64,000 nucleotides of DNA from a bacterium (GCA_030654225.1 JAURXY010000003.1:16056-80055), one strand, 5' to 3'; shown: positions 9,092-19,701, numbered from the stretch's first letter. Notes: generated from the sequence alone by a model not told the origin. Made by a program: numbers and translations.

Positions 9092-11551
9092 ATGGAAAAA
9101 TATAATCCTGAGATTATTGAGAGAAAATGGCAAAAATATTGGGCTAAAAACCCTGATAATTTTAGCGCTAAAGATGAATCGGGGCAGGAAAAAGCCTTTA
9201 TATTAGACATGTTTCCCTATCCGTCGGGGACAGGGCTTCATGTGGGGCATGTGGAGAGTTATACGGCAACAGACATATATTCAAGGTATCTTCGAATGAA
9301 CGGGAAAAACGTGCTTCATCCACAGGGTTTTGATGCCTTTGGGCTACCGGCGGAAAACTATGCGATAAAGACGGGAATTCATCCAAAAGAGACAATTTCC
9401 AACGCGGTGGAGGTTTTCAAGCGTCAAATTAATTCACTCGGTTTTTCTTATGATTGGTCGCGGGAAGTCAATTCATCAGATCCAAAGTATTATAAATGGA
9501 CACAGTGGTTGTTTTTGTTGTTTTATAAAAATGGTTTGGCGTACAAGAAAAAAGCCAAGGTGAATTGGTGCCCTAAATGTCAAACGGTTCTCGCGAATGA
9601 ACAGGCAGAAAATGGCAAGTGCGAAAGATGCGAATCGGAAGTTATTCAAAAAGATCTTGAGCAATGGTTTTTCAAAATTACCGACTTTGTCGAGGATAAG
9701 GGAAAAACTTCAGGACTACTTTCGGGACTGGAAAAAATTGATTGGCCAAATTCAACAAAATCATTGCAAAAAAATTGGATTGGAAAATCCGTTGGCGCGC
9801 AGTTCAAAATGCAAATTGAAAATACTGATAAGTTTATTGAAGTTTATACTACAAGAATCGATACTGTTTTTGGAATGACTTATGCGGTGGTGGCGCCGGA
9901 ACATGAAATTGTCGCTTCACTCCTCAAAGTCGAAAGTCGAAAGTCAAAAGTGAAAAGGGAAATTCAAAATTTAAAAATAGAAAATTCAGATGAGATAGGG
10001 AAGTATGTGGAAGCTTCAAAGAAAAAAACGGACCTTGATCGAATGGAAGCTAAAGAGAAGACCGGAGTAGAAATTAAGGGGATAAAAGTTATCAACCCAT
10101 TTAATGGTGAGGCGTTGTCACTGTTTGTAGCAGATTATGTTTTGTCGCAATATGGAACAGGAGCGGTGATGGCTGTGCCAGCGCATGACGAACGCGATTT
10201 TGAATTTGCGAAAAAATATAATTTAGAAATTAAAGAAGTTATTTCTGGTGATAAGAAAGACAAAGAAATACTTACTGATGATGGAATTTTGATAAATTCT
10301 ACTGAGTATAATAATTTAGAATCTGGTGAAGCTCGAGAAAAATTGACGGCGTGGCTAGAAGAGAAAAAAATTGGGCAAAGAAAAATAAATTATAAACTTC
10401 GTGATTGGTTGGTAAGTCGTCAAAGGTATTGGGGTGCGCCGATTCCGATAATTTATTGTGAAAAATGCGGTGAAGTGCCGGTGCCGGAAAAAGATTTGCC
10501 GGTTGAACTTCCGGATGATGTGGATTTCAAACCGACTGGAGAGTCTCCGCTAAAATATTCCAAAAAATTTCAAGAAGTTAAATGTCCGAAATGTGGAGGG
10601 GAAGCCAAAAGAGAATCGGATACAATGGATACCTTTGTTTGTTCCAGTTGGTACTATTTGCGCTACGCTGATTCAAAAAATGAAAAAGAATTTGCTTCCA
10701 AAGAAAAATTGGAAAAGTGGCTTCCGGTTGATCTTTATGTTGGCGGAGCGGAACACAGTGTGCTTCATCTTCTCTATGCTAGATTTTTCACCAAGGTTTT
10801 GCATAATTTGGGATACCTAAATTTTGACGAACCATTTTTGAAACTGCGTCACCAAGGAACAATTTTGGCAGAGGATGGAACAAAAATGTCAAAATCAAAA
10901 GGCAATGTAGTCAATCCAGATGATGTAGTGAAAGAATTTGGTGCTGATGCACTGCGAATTTTTGAAATGTTTATGGGACCATTGGAAGATATGAAACCTT
11001 GGCAGACCAAAGGCATTGTGGGCGTGTATAGATTTTTGGAAAAAACATGGAAAATGCAAACAAGAATCAATGATCAAGAAACAGGAGACAGCAAATTAAA
11101 TAATCTAATTCATAAGACTATCAAAAAAGTTGGTAAAGATATTGAAGAAATGAGATTTAATACTGCTATTTCGGCTCTAATGATTCTTGCTAATGAAATG
11201 GAAAAACAAGAAAAAATCCAAATTACTAATTACCAATTACTAATTACACTTTTATCTCCTTTCGCACCTCATCTTGCTGAAGAACTTTGGGAAAAGTTAG
11301 GACACAGTGAATCAATTTTCAAAGAAGAGTGGCCCACATATGATCCGGAAATGATTAAGGACGAAGAAATAGAGCTTATTATTCAAATCAACGGAAAAGT
11401 GCGCGATAAGATAATTGTGAGTGCGGATATTTCAGAAGACGAAGCGAAAACGATTGTGCTTGAAAGAGAAAAAGTTAAAAGTTATATATTGGGAAGGGAA
11501 ATTAGAAAGATCATATTTGTTAAGGGGAGATTAATTAATATTGTTTTTTAG
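9092..11551 (+). CDS. leuS: Leucine-tRNA ligase
   Basis: MFPYPSG, HVGH, GTGAVMAVPAHD, KMSKS. Confidence 0.98.
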   Translation: MEKYNPEIIERKWQKYWAKNPDNFSAKDESGQEKAFILDMFPYPSGTGLHVGHVESYTATDIYSRYLRMNGKNVLHPQGFDAFGLPAENYAIKTGIHPKETISNAVEVFKRQINSLGFSYDWSREVNSSDPKYYKWTQWLFLLFYKNGLAYKKKAKVNWCPKCQTVLANEQAENGKCERCESEVIQKDLEQWFFKITDFVEDKGKTSGLLSGLEKIDWPNSTKSLQKNWIGKSVGAQFKMQIENTDKFIEVYTTRIDTVFGMTYAVVAPEHEIVASLLKVESRKSKVKREIQNLKIENSDEIGKYVEASKKKTDLDRMEAKEKTGVEIKGIKVINPFNGEALSLFVADYVLSQYGTGAVMAVPAHDERDFEFAKKYNLEIKEVISGDKKDKEILTDDGILINSTEYNNLESGEAREKLTAWLEEKKIGQRKINYKLRDWLVSRQRYWGAPIPIIYCEKCGEVPVPEKDLPVELPDDVDFKPTGESPLKYSKKFQEVKCPKCGGEAKRESDTMDTFVCSSWYYLRYADSKNEKEFASKEKLEKWLPVDLYVGGAEHSVLHLLYARFFTKVLHNLGYLNFDEPFLKLRHQGTILAEDGTKMSKSKGNVVNPDDVVKEFGADALRIFEMFMGPLEDMKPWQTKGIVGVYRFLEKTWKMQTRINDQETGDSKLNNLIHKTIKKVGKDIEEMRFNTAISALMILANEMEKQEKIQITNYQLLITLLSPFAPHLAEELWEKLGHSESIFKEEWPTYDPEMIKDEEIELIIQINGKVRDKIIVSADISEDEAKTIVLEREKVKSYILGREIRKIIFVKGRLINIVF

Positions 11552-11623
11552 CAATGAACAATGAACAATGAACAATGAACAATAAATTCATTGATCTTTG
11601 ATCCTTGATTCTTGATCATTGAT
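11552..11623. repeat. Two adjacent heptamer arrays, (CAATGAA)x4 and (TTGATNN)x4-5
   Basis: caatgaa repeats followed by ttgatct ttgatcc ttgattc ttgatca. Confidence 0.88.
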
Positions 11624-12304
11624 ATGCAAGCAGTCATACTCGCAGCGGGTCGGGGGAAAAGAATGGGAAATTTGACAATGGCCACAACTAAGCCGATGCT
11701 CAAAATCAAAGGTAAACCGATTTTGGAGCATAAAATAAATGCTTTGCCAAAGAAAATCAAAGAAATTATTTTTATCGTGGGCTATCGAAGTATGGATATA
11801 ATCTCGCATTTCAAAAGATATTATGGTGGTCGCAGAATTATTTATGTTTTTCAAACAAATCTAAATGGGACAGGCGGAGCGATTCATTTGGCTAAGAGTA
11901 TTTTGCGCGATAATTTTTTAGTTATATATGGTGATGATCTTTATAGTAAAAAGGATATTCAAAAAATGCTGAAACATGATTTGGCAGTGCTTGCTAAGGA
12001 AGTGGATGATCCGAGCAAGTTTGGTATTATTAAAAAAAATAAAAAAGGACATATTTTAGATATTATTGAAAAGCCTAAAAAATCAAAAGATAACTTAGCT
12101 GCTACGGGCGTGTTTATGTTAAACCGAAGTTTTTTTGATTACGAGTTAGTTTCTGTCGGCAATGGAGAATTTGGACTGCCGCAAACTATGGCTAAAATGG
12201 CAAAGGACCATAAGATAAAAGTGGAAAAAGCCACATATTGGCACGCCATTGGCAATCCGGAAGATTTAAAAAAAGCAGAAAAAGTTTTGCATAAATTTAT
12301 TTAA
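11624..12304 (+). CDS. Sugar-phosphate nucleotidyltransferase (GlmU N-domain-like)
   Basis: MQAVILAAGRGKRM, KPML, GTGGA, YGDD; ATG at 11624 preferred; upstream of glmM-glmS. Confidence 0.85.
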   Translation: MQAVILAAGRGKRMGNLTMATTKPMLKIKGKPILEHKINALPKKIKEIIFIVGYRSMDIISHFKRYYGGRRIIYVFQTNLNGTGGAIHLAKSILRDNFLVIYGDDLYSKKDIQKMLKHDLAVLAKEVDDPSKFGIIKKNKKGHILDIIEKPKKSKDNLAATGVFMLNRSFFDYELVSVGNGEFGLPQTMAKMAKDHKIKVEKATYWHAIGNPEDLKKAEKVLHKFI

Positions 12305-12308
12305 TTCT

Positions 12309-13649
12309 ATGAAATTATTTGGCACTGATGGAATTAGAGCTTTGGTAAATGAAGAAATAATGAGTCCAGAAATGGGAGTTAAAATGGGAATAGCTCTTGT
12401 TTTATATTGTCAAAAAAGAAATGCGCCTCTCAAAATTGTCATCGGACGAGACACACGAGAGTCGGGCGTGATGTTGGAAGAAGCGATAATTTGCGGAATA
12501 ATTTCTATGGGCGGGACAGCAGTTTTGGCCGGAATAATTCCAACTCCTGGTGTGGCCTATTCAGTTGGCGAAGAAAAGGCTGGCGCAGGAATAGTAATTT
12601 CTGCTTCGCATAATTCTTTTGAATATAATGGGCTAAAGCCTTTCAATGATGACGGCACAAAACTTACCGATGAAGAAGAATCGGAGTTGCAAAAATATAT
12701 TTTGGAAAGATCGGCAAAAAAAACAGGAACGAATTTTGTTTTGGGTCAAAAAATAATCCTAACTGATGCCAAAGAGAAATATGCAAATTTTCTCCTAAGC
12801 AAAGTTTCTAATTTAGAATTAGGCAATTTGAAAATAGTTTTAGATTGTGCTAATGGGGCGACATATGAAATAGCGTCAAAGGTATTTGGAAAAAAAGCAG
12901 AAGTCACAGAAGTTCTTTTCGCTAGTCCAAACGGAAAAAATATCAATAGTAATTGCGGTTCGCAACACATTGAAACGCTTAGGAAAAAAGTTATTGAAAA
13001 AAAAGCGGATCTTGGTTTGGCTTTTGATGGTGATGGGGACAGACTGATTGTAATTGATGAAAAAGGCAATGCGCTAAATGGCGATCAGATAATTTATCTT
13101 ATTGCTAAGATGATGCAGAAAAAAGGAGAATTGAAAAATGAGGCTGTTGTCACGACAGTTATGAGCAATATCGGATTTATCAGTAGTTTGAAAAAAATTG
13201 GAATTAAACATTTTGTTGCTGGTGTAGGTGATCGACAAGTCTCACAAGAGATGAAAAAAAGAGAAATTATTCTTGGCGGAGAAGAATCTGGCCATATTAT
13301 TATGTCTAATTTTCAACCAACAGGTGATGGAATCGCTTCGGGACTAATGTTGATTTCGGCGATAAATTATTTTAACGAAAAATTATCCAAACTAACTCAA
13401 GAAATAGTTTTATTTCCAAAAATTTTGGTCAATGTTTTGGTGAAAAATAAGCCCGAACTAGAAACTGTTCCTGAGATTATGGAGATTATAAGAAAAATAG
13501 AAAATATTTTAGGAGAGAATGGACGCGTGCTTGTGAGATATTCTGGCACGGAAAATTTGTGTCGAGTTATGATTGAAGGAAGAAACAAGGAAGAAATCAA
13601 AAATTACGCTGATCAAATTGTTAGGGTTATAAATAATCTTTTAAATTAA
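12309..13649 (+). CDS. glmM: Phosphoglucosamine mutase
   Basis: LFGTDGIR, ISASHN, DGDGDR, GGEESGH, RYSGTE. Confidence 0.95.
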   Translation: MKLFGTDGIRALVNEEIMSPEMGVKMGIALVLYCQKRNAPLKIVIGRDTRESGVMLEEAIICGIISMGGTAVLAGIIPTPGVAYSVGEEKAGAGIVISASHNSFEYNGLKPFNDDGTKLTDEEESELQKYILERSAKKTGTNFVLGQKIILTDAKEKYANFLLSKVSNLELGNLKIVLDCANGATYEIASKVFGKKAEVTEVLFASPNGKNINSNCGSQHIETLRKKVIEKKADLGLAFDGDGDRLIVIDEKGNALNGDQIIYLIAKMMQKKGELKNEAVVTTVMSNIGFISSLKKIGIKHFVAGVGDRQVSQEMKKREIILGGEESGHIIMSNFQPTGDGIASGLMLISAINYFNEKLSKLTQEIVLFPKILVNVLVKNKPELETVPEIMEIIRKIENILGENGRVLVRYSGTENLCRVMIEGRNKEEIKNYADQIVRVINNLLN

Positions 13650-13661
13650 AAATAAAATATT

Positions 13662-15542
13662 ATGTGTGGAATTATTGCATATATTGGAAAACAAAAAGCT
13701 GTGCCGATTCTTTTAGAAGGACTCAAACAGCTGGAGTATCGTGGTTATGATAGCGCAGGAATTTCGGTTATTCAAAATGAAAAAATAATTACTTTGAAAG
13801 CAGTGGGGAAAGTAGTGGAATTGCAAAATAAAATTGGAGCACAAGATTTTCTCGGGAAAATTGGTATCGCTCATACTCGCTGGGCGACGCATGGCAAGCC
13901 AAGCGACAGAAATTCTCATCCGCATGGGGATTGCGAGAGTAATATTTTCTTGGTGCATAATGGAATAATTGAAAACTATCAAGATCTCAAAAAAATACTT
14001 CAAAAGAAAAAACATAAATTTGTTTCTGAAACTGATTCAGAAGTTTTGGCCCATCTCATTGAGGAATTTAACAAAAAACCCGCCTCGACTCGCGGGGACG
14101 CTTCGTCGACGCGAGGCGGGCTAGATTTCAAAAAATCAGTGCTGGAAGCTTTGAAACTTGTTCGGGGAACTTATGGCTTGGCGATTATAAATAAAAATGA
14201 GCCGGACAAGATAATCATTGCCAGAAATGGTTCTCCATTGATTTTGGGAATTGGCAAAGATGAATTTATCGTGGCGTCGGATGCTAGCGCTATTGTGCGC
14301 CACACCGACAAGGTGATTTATTTAGATGATGGAGAGATGGCTCAGATTAGTGCGGATGGTTTTGAAATTAGCAATATTAAAAACAAAATTGTTAGCAAAG
14401 AAATTTCCAAATTAAATTGGACACTGGAAGAATCAAAAAAGGGAGGATTTCCACATTTTATGCTCAAGGAAATTTTTGAGCAACCGGAAGTAATTGCCAA
14501 TGGTCTTCGTGGCAGAGTGGAACATTTTTTGTCGGAGGATAATTTTCCAATTCTTGGCGGGCTTCGTCCAATTGAAAAGAAATTGCGACGGATTAAAAAA
14601 ATTATCATTGTGGCTTGTGGCACTTCCTATTATTCCGGATTGGTGGGGGAATATATGCTCGAAGAATATGCTGGCATTCCAACGGAAGTGGAATACGCCA
14701 GCGAGTTTCGTTATCGAAAACCAATTCTAGATTCTTCGACAGCTGTAGTGGCTATTTCTCAATCAGGTGAAACAGCGGACACATTGGCGGCCATTCGTGA
14801 AGCTAAAAACAAGGGAGCGCTGACACTGGGAATTGTGAATGTGGTTGGTTCAACAATTGCGCGCGAAACTGATGCAGGAACGCATACACTATCTGGCCCT
14901 GAAATTGGAGTGGCTTCGACCAAAGCTTTCACTACACAGCTTGTAGTTTTGGTGCTGTGGACTTTGATGCTCGGACGACAAAGGGATATGTCGAGTGTAA
15001 TGAGCAAGAGAATTGCGCAGGAGCTAAAAAATATGCCAAAACTCATTGAGGGAATTTTGAAAAAATCAAAAGAAATAAAAAAGATTGCCAAGAAATATTC
15101 ATATGCCAAAGATTTTTTGTATCTTGGTAGGAAATATAACTTTCCAATTGCGTTGGAAGGAGCTTTGAAAATAAAAGAAATTTCCTATGTGCACGCAGAA
15201 GGATATGCGACAGGGGAGATGAAGCACGGACCGATTGCTCTCATTGAAGAAAATTTTCCTTCAATTTTCATTTGCCCGAAAGACAGTGTCTATGAAAAAA
15301 ATATTTCTGGTATGCAAGAAATAAAAGCGCGCGGTGGAAAAATAATTGCCATTGCCACGACGGGCGACAAAGAAATTGCGCGTATTGCCGATGACGTAAT
15401 TTATATTCCAAAAACTTTGGAAATGCTCACACCATTTATCTCGGTTATTCCTTTGCAACTTTTCGCCTATTATTTTGGTGTGGCCAAAGGATATGATGTG
15501 GACAAGCCAAGGAATCTTGCTAAATCAGTGACGGTGGAATAA
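13662..15542 (+). CDS. glmS: Glucosamine-fructose-6-phosphate aminotransferase
   Basis: MCGI, EYRGYDSAG, HTRWATHG, SQSGET, PRNLAKSVTVE. Confidence 0.98.
   Translation: MCGIIAYIGKQKAVPILLEGLKQLEYRGYDSAGISVIQNEKIITLKAVGKVVELQNKIGAQDFLGKIGIAHTRWATHGKPSDRNSHPHGDCESNIFLVHNGIIENYQDLKKILQKKKHKFVSETDSEVLAHLIEEFNKKPASTRGDASSTRGGLDFKKSVLEALKLVRGTYGLAIINKNEPDKIIIARNGSPLILGIGKDEFIVASDASAIVRHTDKVIYLDDGEMAQISADGFEISNIKNKIVSKEISKLNWTLEESKKGGFPHFMLKEIFEQPEVIANGLRGRVEHFLSEDNFPILGGLRPIEKKLRRIKKIIIVACGTSYYSGLVGEYMLEEYAGIPTEVEYASEFRYRKPILDSSTAVVAISQSGETADTLAAIREAKNKGALTLGIVNVVGSTIARETDAGTHTLSGPEIGVASTKAFTTQLVVLVLWTLMLGRQRDMSSVMSKRIAQELKNMPKLIEGILKKSKEIKKIAKKYSYAKDFLYLGRKYNFPIALEGALKIKEISYVHAEGYATGEMKHGPIALIEENFPSIFICPKDSVYEKNISGMQEIKARGGKIIAIATTGDKEIARIADDVIYIPKTLEMLTPFISVIPLQLFAYYFGVAKGYDVDKPRNLAKSVTVE
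14079..14120. repeat. 42-nt palindromic in-frame insertion in glmS
   Basis: cccgcctcg...cgaggcggg terminal inverted repeat encoding PASTRGDASSTRGG. Confidence 0.85.
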
Positions 15543-15544
15543 TT

Positions 15545-15907
15545 ATGGATATTAGCTCAATCAAAAACACCCGAGAATTTTTTTGGACCAATCATTCTAA
15601 ATATAAACTTCTTCAATATGGCTTGAGTCCGACGGCAGTCAAGAGTGTTATCAGGCGACCTGATCGAACTGAAACCGGCATCGCGCCCAAAACTACGGCG
15701 GTGATGAAAAGGAAAGACACGAAAAAAACTAAAAAAGAGGTTTGGGTGATGATACAGAAACAAGGAACAAGAAACAAGGAACAAGAAACAAAAGAAAAAA
15801 ATACATCAAAAACAAAAATAATCTCGGCGTGGATTTATCCGGGGGTGAGTCCGAAAGGCAAGGATATTTATGTGCCGGAGGATGCGTGGGAGGCGCTCGA
15901 GATATAA
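15545..15907 (+). CDS. Hypothetical protein, possible DUF4258/RelE-like fold, with a heptamer-repeat insert
   Basis: WTNH, EVWVM, KIISAW pattern; aacaagR repeats at 15759-15793. Confidence 0.55.
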   Translation: MDISSIKNTREFFWTNHSKYKLLQYGLSPTAVKSVIRRPDRTETGIAPKTTAVMKRKDTKKTKKEVWVMIQKQGTRNKEQETKEKNTSKTKIISAWIYPGVSPKGKDIYVPEDAWEALEI

Positions 15908-16031
15908 TTTTTTGTTTTTAATTAACTCGAATGCGCATTTTTTATCTAAAATTTTTCTAAGTTAATGGCTGATACGAAAAATTTTAGAAAAAATCCGCAT
16001 TCTCAAACAGGAATTAAAAACAAAAAATTAT
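15904..16031. repeat. Long imperfect hairpin element, copy A
   Basis: Perfect 20-bp outer stem 15904-15923/16012-16031 plus a ~27-bp inner stem. Confidence 0.85.
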
Positions 16032-16155
16032 CCCCCTCGCTTATATAGATAGGAAATGTTCAAGATTAACTCTTAAAATAGAGTTGAATTTTTTTGAAAA
16101 AATTGAAATTTCAAATTATGGCTTTATTTAAGGTAAAAAACTATATAGAATACTT

Positions 16156-17235
16156 ATGAATATCCAAAAAATCGAACAAATTCTAAAAGATCAGAAACAA
16201 CCAAAATTTCGGTTGGGGCAGATAAAAAAGGCCGTCTATCAAGATGGGATTTCGAGTTTTTCGGAAATTTCGACGATTCCGAAAGAGTTGAGAAGCGTTT
16301 TGGAAAAAGAGAAAATACTTTCATTTGAGGTGGAAAAGGTCTTGGTTTCCAAAGATGGTAATTCGGCTAAGGCACTCGTGAAATTGTCCGATGGCAACAA
16401 AATTGAAACAGTTTTGATTTCTCCAAAAGTTGATATTTGGTCAGTCTGCATTTCTTGCCAAGTTGGTTGTCCAATGAGTTGCGCTTTTTGTGCGACAGGG
16501 CAAGCGGGATTCAAAAGAAATTTGACGGCCGAAGAAATTGTTGATCAGGTTTTGTTTTGGAAACAATATTTGAAAAATGATTCAGCCCGCCCCCTCTCCT
16601 GTCGCGAGTACGCGACATCCTCTCCCAAAGGGAGAGGAGGCATATTGAATAATGTCGTCTATATGGGGATGGGGGAACCGTTTTTGAATTGGGAAGAGGT
16701 TTTAGAAAGTTTGAAAATATTATCTGATCCAAAAGGTATGGCTTTTGGTTCGCGTTCAATTTCAATTTCGACAGTGGGAATCCCTGGCGGGATAGAAAAA
16801 TTAACCGAAGATTTCCCACAAGTGAATCTGGCAGTGTCATTGCATTTTTCCCAAGATGAAAAAAGAGATGAGTTTATGCCGGCGAATAAAAATCTAAGTT
16901 TGGAAAAATTGAAAATTGAGTTGGAAAAATATTTCCAGATATCTAATCGAAAAGTTTTTTTGGAATATATTCTGTTTTCCAAAATTAATGATAGTGAGAA
17001 AGATGCTAAAAATTTATTAAAATATATTAACTCTTTCAAAAAATCGCAACTTTTGCATGTAAATTTGATTCGATACAATTCAACAGATAGTAAAGATAAG
17101 TTCATTTCTTCTAGCGCGGAACAAACCGTGAAATTTAGAAATTATCTACTTGAGAATAAAATTAACTGCACAATCAGAAGAAGCCTTGGTGCAGACATCG
17201 AAGGGGCTTGTGGGCAATTAGCAGGAAAAAAATAA
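16156..17235 (+). CDS. rlmN: 23S rRNA/tRNA m2A radical SAM methyltransferase
   Basis: CQVGCPMSCAFCATG, MGMGEP, SLH, GACGQL. Confidence 0.95.
   Translation: MNIQKIEQILKDQKQPKFRLGQIKKAVYQDGISSFSEISTIPKELRSVLEKEKILSFEVEKVLVSKDGNSAKALVKLSDGNKIETVLISPKVDIWSVCISCQVGCPMSCAFCATGQAGFKRNLTAEEIVDQVLFWKQYLKNDSARPLSCREYATSSPKGRGGILNNVVYMGMGEPFLNWEEVLESLKILSDPKGMAFGSRSISISTVGIPGGIEKLTEDFPQVNLAVSLHFSQDEKRDEFMPANKNLSLEKLKIELEKYFQISNRKVFLEYILFSKINDSEKDAKNLLKYINSFKKSQLLHVNLIRYNSTDSKDKFISSSAEQTVKFRNYLLENKINCTIRRSLGADIEGACGQLAGKK
16586..16640. repeat. REP-like double-hairpin in-frame insertion in rlmN
   Basis: tgtcgcg-agta-cgcgaca and cctctccc-aaa-gggagagg. Confidence 0.85.
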
Positions 17236-17336
17236 AATCATTATATCACTTTTGTATTTTCTGTAATAAATTATGATGAACAATATTTTGCGGTCGCAAG
17301 AAATTGTTAATCACTATTTAAAGGGCAATGGCAAAA

Positions 17337-17376
17337 CAGAAGCTAAGCTTCGGGCTAACCCGAAGATTAGCTTCTG
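17337..17376. repeat. Intergenic palindrome (REP-like or terminator)
   Basis: cagaagctaa-g-cttcggg-ctaa-cccgaag-a-ttagcttctg. Confidence 0.7.
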
Positions 17377-17423
17377 GAAGTTGATTGATTTCCTTTTTTA
17401 GCGTAGAATAAAGATTGCAAAAT

Positions 17424-19283
17424 ATGGAAGAAAAAAAGGCTAAAAAAATATTAGATGATATTAACTTTCCGGCGGATTTGAAAAAAACTCCGCCAGAAAA
17501 ATTGCCGGAACTTTGCGAAGAAGTCCGCAATTTTTTGATTGAGAGCGTTTCGCAATCTGGCGGACATTTTGGTTCAAATCTTGGAGTGGTGGAGCTCACA
17601 GTGGCTCTGCATTATACTTTTGATACCCCAAAAGACATTTTGATTTGGGATGTGGGTCATCAAGCTTATCCGCATAAAATGCTTACGGGGAGAAAAGATA
17701 AACTACATACTATTAGAAAATATGGCGGATTAGCCCCTTTTCCCAAAAAAACCGAAAGTGAATACGATGCGTGTAGTGTCGGTCACACTAGCACCTCAAT
17801 TAGTTCTGCTTGCGGTATGGCGCTTGCCAATAGAAACAAAAAAAATGCCCCACAAATTGTGGCAGTGATTGGAGATGGCGCACTGGCTGGAGGGATGGCG
17901 TTTGAAGCATTGAATCACGCGGGGGATGTTGGTGTCGATATGCTAGTGGTGCTCAACGACAATAAAATGTCGATTTCGCCCAATGTGGGTGGTTTGGAAA
18001 AATATCTGACAAAAATAATTTCATCATCTTCTTTTGTGAGCGTGCGCGAAAAAGGGCGGAAATTTTTCGGTCGGGTTCCAATTCTGGAAAAATTTTTGCG
18101 TCGAGCAGAAAAACAAGCCAAGGGAATGTTGGTGCCTTCCACGCTTTTTGAACAACTAGGTTTTGAATATTATGGGCCAATTGATGGGCATGATGTGAAA
18201 AATTTGGTGGAAGTTCTATCCAATCTAAAAAAGATTAGGGGTCCAAAATTTTTGCATGTAGTGACGACAAAGGGTAAGGGGTATGCGCAGGCCGAAAAGG
18301 ATGAATTTTCTTTGCACGCGGTGGCGCCTTTTGACTTGGAGACTGGCAAAAAAAATGGCAGTAGTACCAAAAAAATAACTTTCTCAGATGTTTTTTCTGA
18401 TTGGATTTGTGAAAAAGCGAGAAAAGATGAAAAGCTTCAGGCGATTACACCGGCAATGTGCGAGGGTTCAGGCCTTTCACAGTTTCGCAAAATTTTCCCT
18501 GAGCGTTTTCACGATGTAGGAATCGCTGAACAACACGCCGTCACTTTTTCGGCGGGTCTTTCTGCGCAAGGAGCCAAGCCGGTCGTTTCAATTTATTCTT
18601 CTTTTCTGCAAAGAGCCTATGATCAAATTATTCATGACGTGGCTTTGGAAAATATGGATGTGCTTTTTGCAATTGACAGAGCGGGCGTTGTGGGGCCGGA
18701 TGGTGCGACTCATAATGGCAGTTTTGATCTTTCATTTCTTCGGGCGGTCCCAAATTTAGTCATTATGGCGCCATCCTGCGAAAATGAATGCTTTGCTATG
18801 CTCAGTGCCGGATATAAGCATAAAGGGCCGGCGGTGGTGCGTTATCCTCGAGGAGGCGGAAGCGGAAAATATAATCAAGAGAAATATAATTCTCTCGAAA
18901 TTGGCAAAGCGAAAATTATTAGAGAAGGAAAAAAGGTGGCGATTTTGTCTTTTGGCACGATGCTAGAAAATTGCAAAAAAAACGCGGAAGAACTGGACGC
19001 GACCTTGGTGGACATGCGATTTGTCAAACCACTGGATGAAGAAATGCTGAAAAATTTAGCCGAGACGCATAAATATTTTGTCACCATCGAAGACAATACA
19101 ATTGCTGGCGGAGCAGGTAGTGCGGTTAACGAATTTTTAGCCAAAGAAAATTTGAAAGTGAAAGTTAAAAATCTTGGTCTTCCCGATAAATTTCTCGAAC
19201 ACGGAACCCGCGAAGAACTTCTCAAAGAAATTGGACTCGACGAAGAGGGGATTTTGAGAGTGGTTAAGAGTTTTATTTTATAA
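17424..19283 (+). CDS. dxs: 1-deoxy-D-xylulose-5-phosphate synthase
   Basis: GGHFGSNLG, WDVGHQAYPHK, GDGA, YYGPIDGHD, DVGIAEQHA, RYPRG; ATG at 17424 preferred. Confidence 0.96.
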   Translation: MEEKKAKKILDDINFPADLKKTPPEKLPELCEEVRNFLIESVSQSGGHFGSNLGVVELTVALHYTFDTPKDILIWDVGHQAYPHKMLTGRKDKLHTIRKYGGLAPFPKKTESEYDACSVGHTSTSISSACGMALANRNKKNAPQIVAVIGDGALAGGMAFEALNHAGDVGVDMLVVLNDNKMSISPNVGGLEKYLTKIISSSSFVSVREKGRKFFGRVPILEKFLRRAEKQAKGMLVPSTLFEQLGFEYYGPIDGHDVKNLVEVLSNLKKIRGPKFLHVVTTKGKGYAQAEKDEFSLHAVAPFDLETGKKNGSSTKKITFSDVFSDWICEKARKDEKLQAITPAMCEGSGLSQFRKIFPERFHDVGIAEQHAVTFSAGLSAQGAKPVVSIYSSFLQRAYDQIIHDVALENMDVLFAIDRAGVVGPDGATHNGSFDLSFLRAVPNLVIMAPSCENECFAMLSAGYKHKGPAVVRYPRGGGSGKYNQEKYNSLEIGKAKIIREGKKVAILSFGTMLENCKKNAEELDATLVDMRFVKPLDEEMLKNLAETHKYFVTIEDNTIAGGAGSAVNEFLAKENLKVKVKNLGLPDKFLEHGTREELLKEIGLDEEGILRVVKSFIL

Positions 19284-19665
19284 ACCCAAAATGTTTAAGT
19301 GTTGGTAGGATGTTTGGGGCAAGATCTTCTGGGAGATTATTGATATTTAGCCAGTCCCATTTTCGAATATCTTCTCCCGGAATTATTTCGCCAATTCTTT
19401 TGGCTAAAAAGTGAACCAAGATAACATCGAAATTCCCCTCGGGGGTTTCTTTTTTTGTGTGAAGTAGGAATGGTTTTTCGTCTAAAATTTCAATTTCAAT
19501 TCCTAATTCTTCTTTAGATCTTCTTTTTGCAGTTTCAATCAAGCTTTCATTTTCTTGAATTTTTCCACCACAAAATTTCCAAATATCTTCTTTATAATCT
19601 TTATCTAATAAGACTTTATTATTTTCCACGATCACTGGACCAGACGCGATGATTATTTTTGGCAT
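19273..19665 (-). CDS. NUDIX hydrolase
   Basis: Nudix box GGKIQENESLIETAKRRSKEELG. Confidence 0.85.
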   Translation of the reverse strand: MPKIIIASGPVIVENNKVLLDKDYKEDIWKFCGGKIQENESLIETAKRRSKEELGIEIEILDEKPFLLHTKKETPEGNFDVILVHFLAKRIGEIIPGEDIRKWDWLNINNLPEDLAPNILPTLKHFGFIK

Positions 19666-19701
19666 ATTTTTTATGAAATTAAAAATTATTTAGGTTTTAA
19701 T

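Noticed and set aside
13650-13661. glmS ribozyme
   Set aside because: Only 12 nt separate glmM and glmS.
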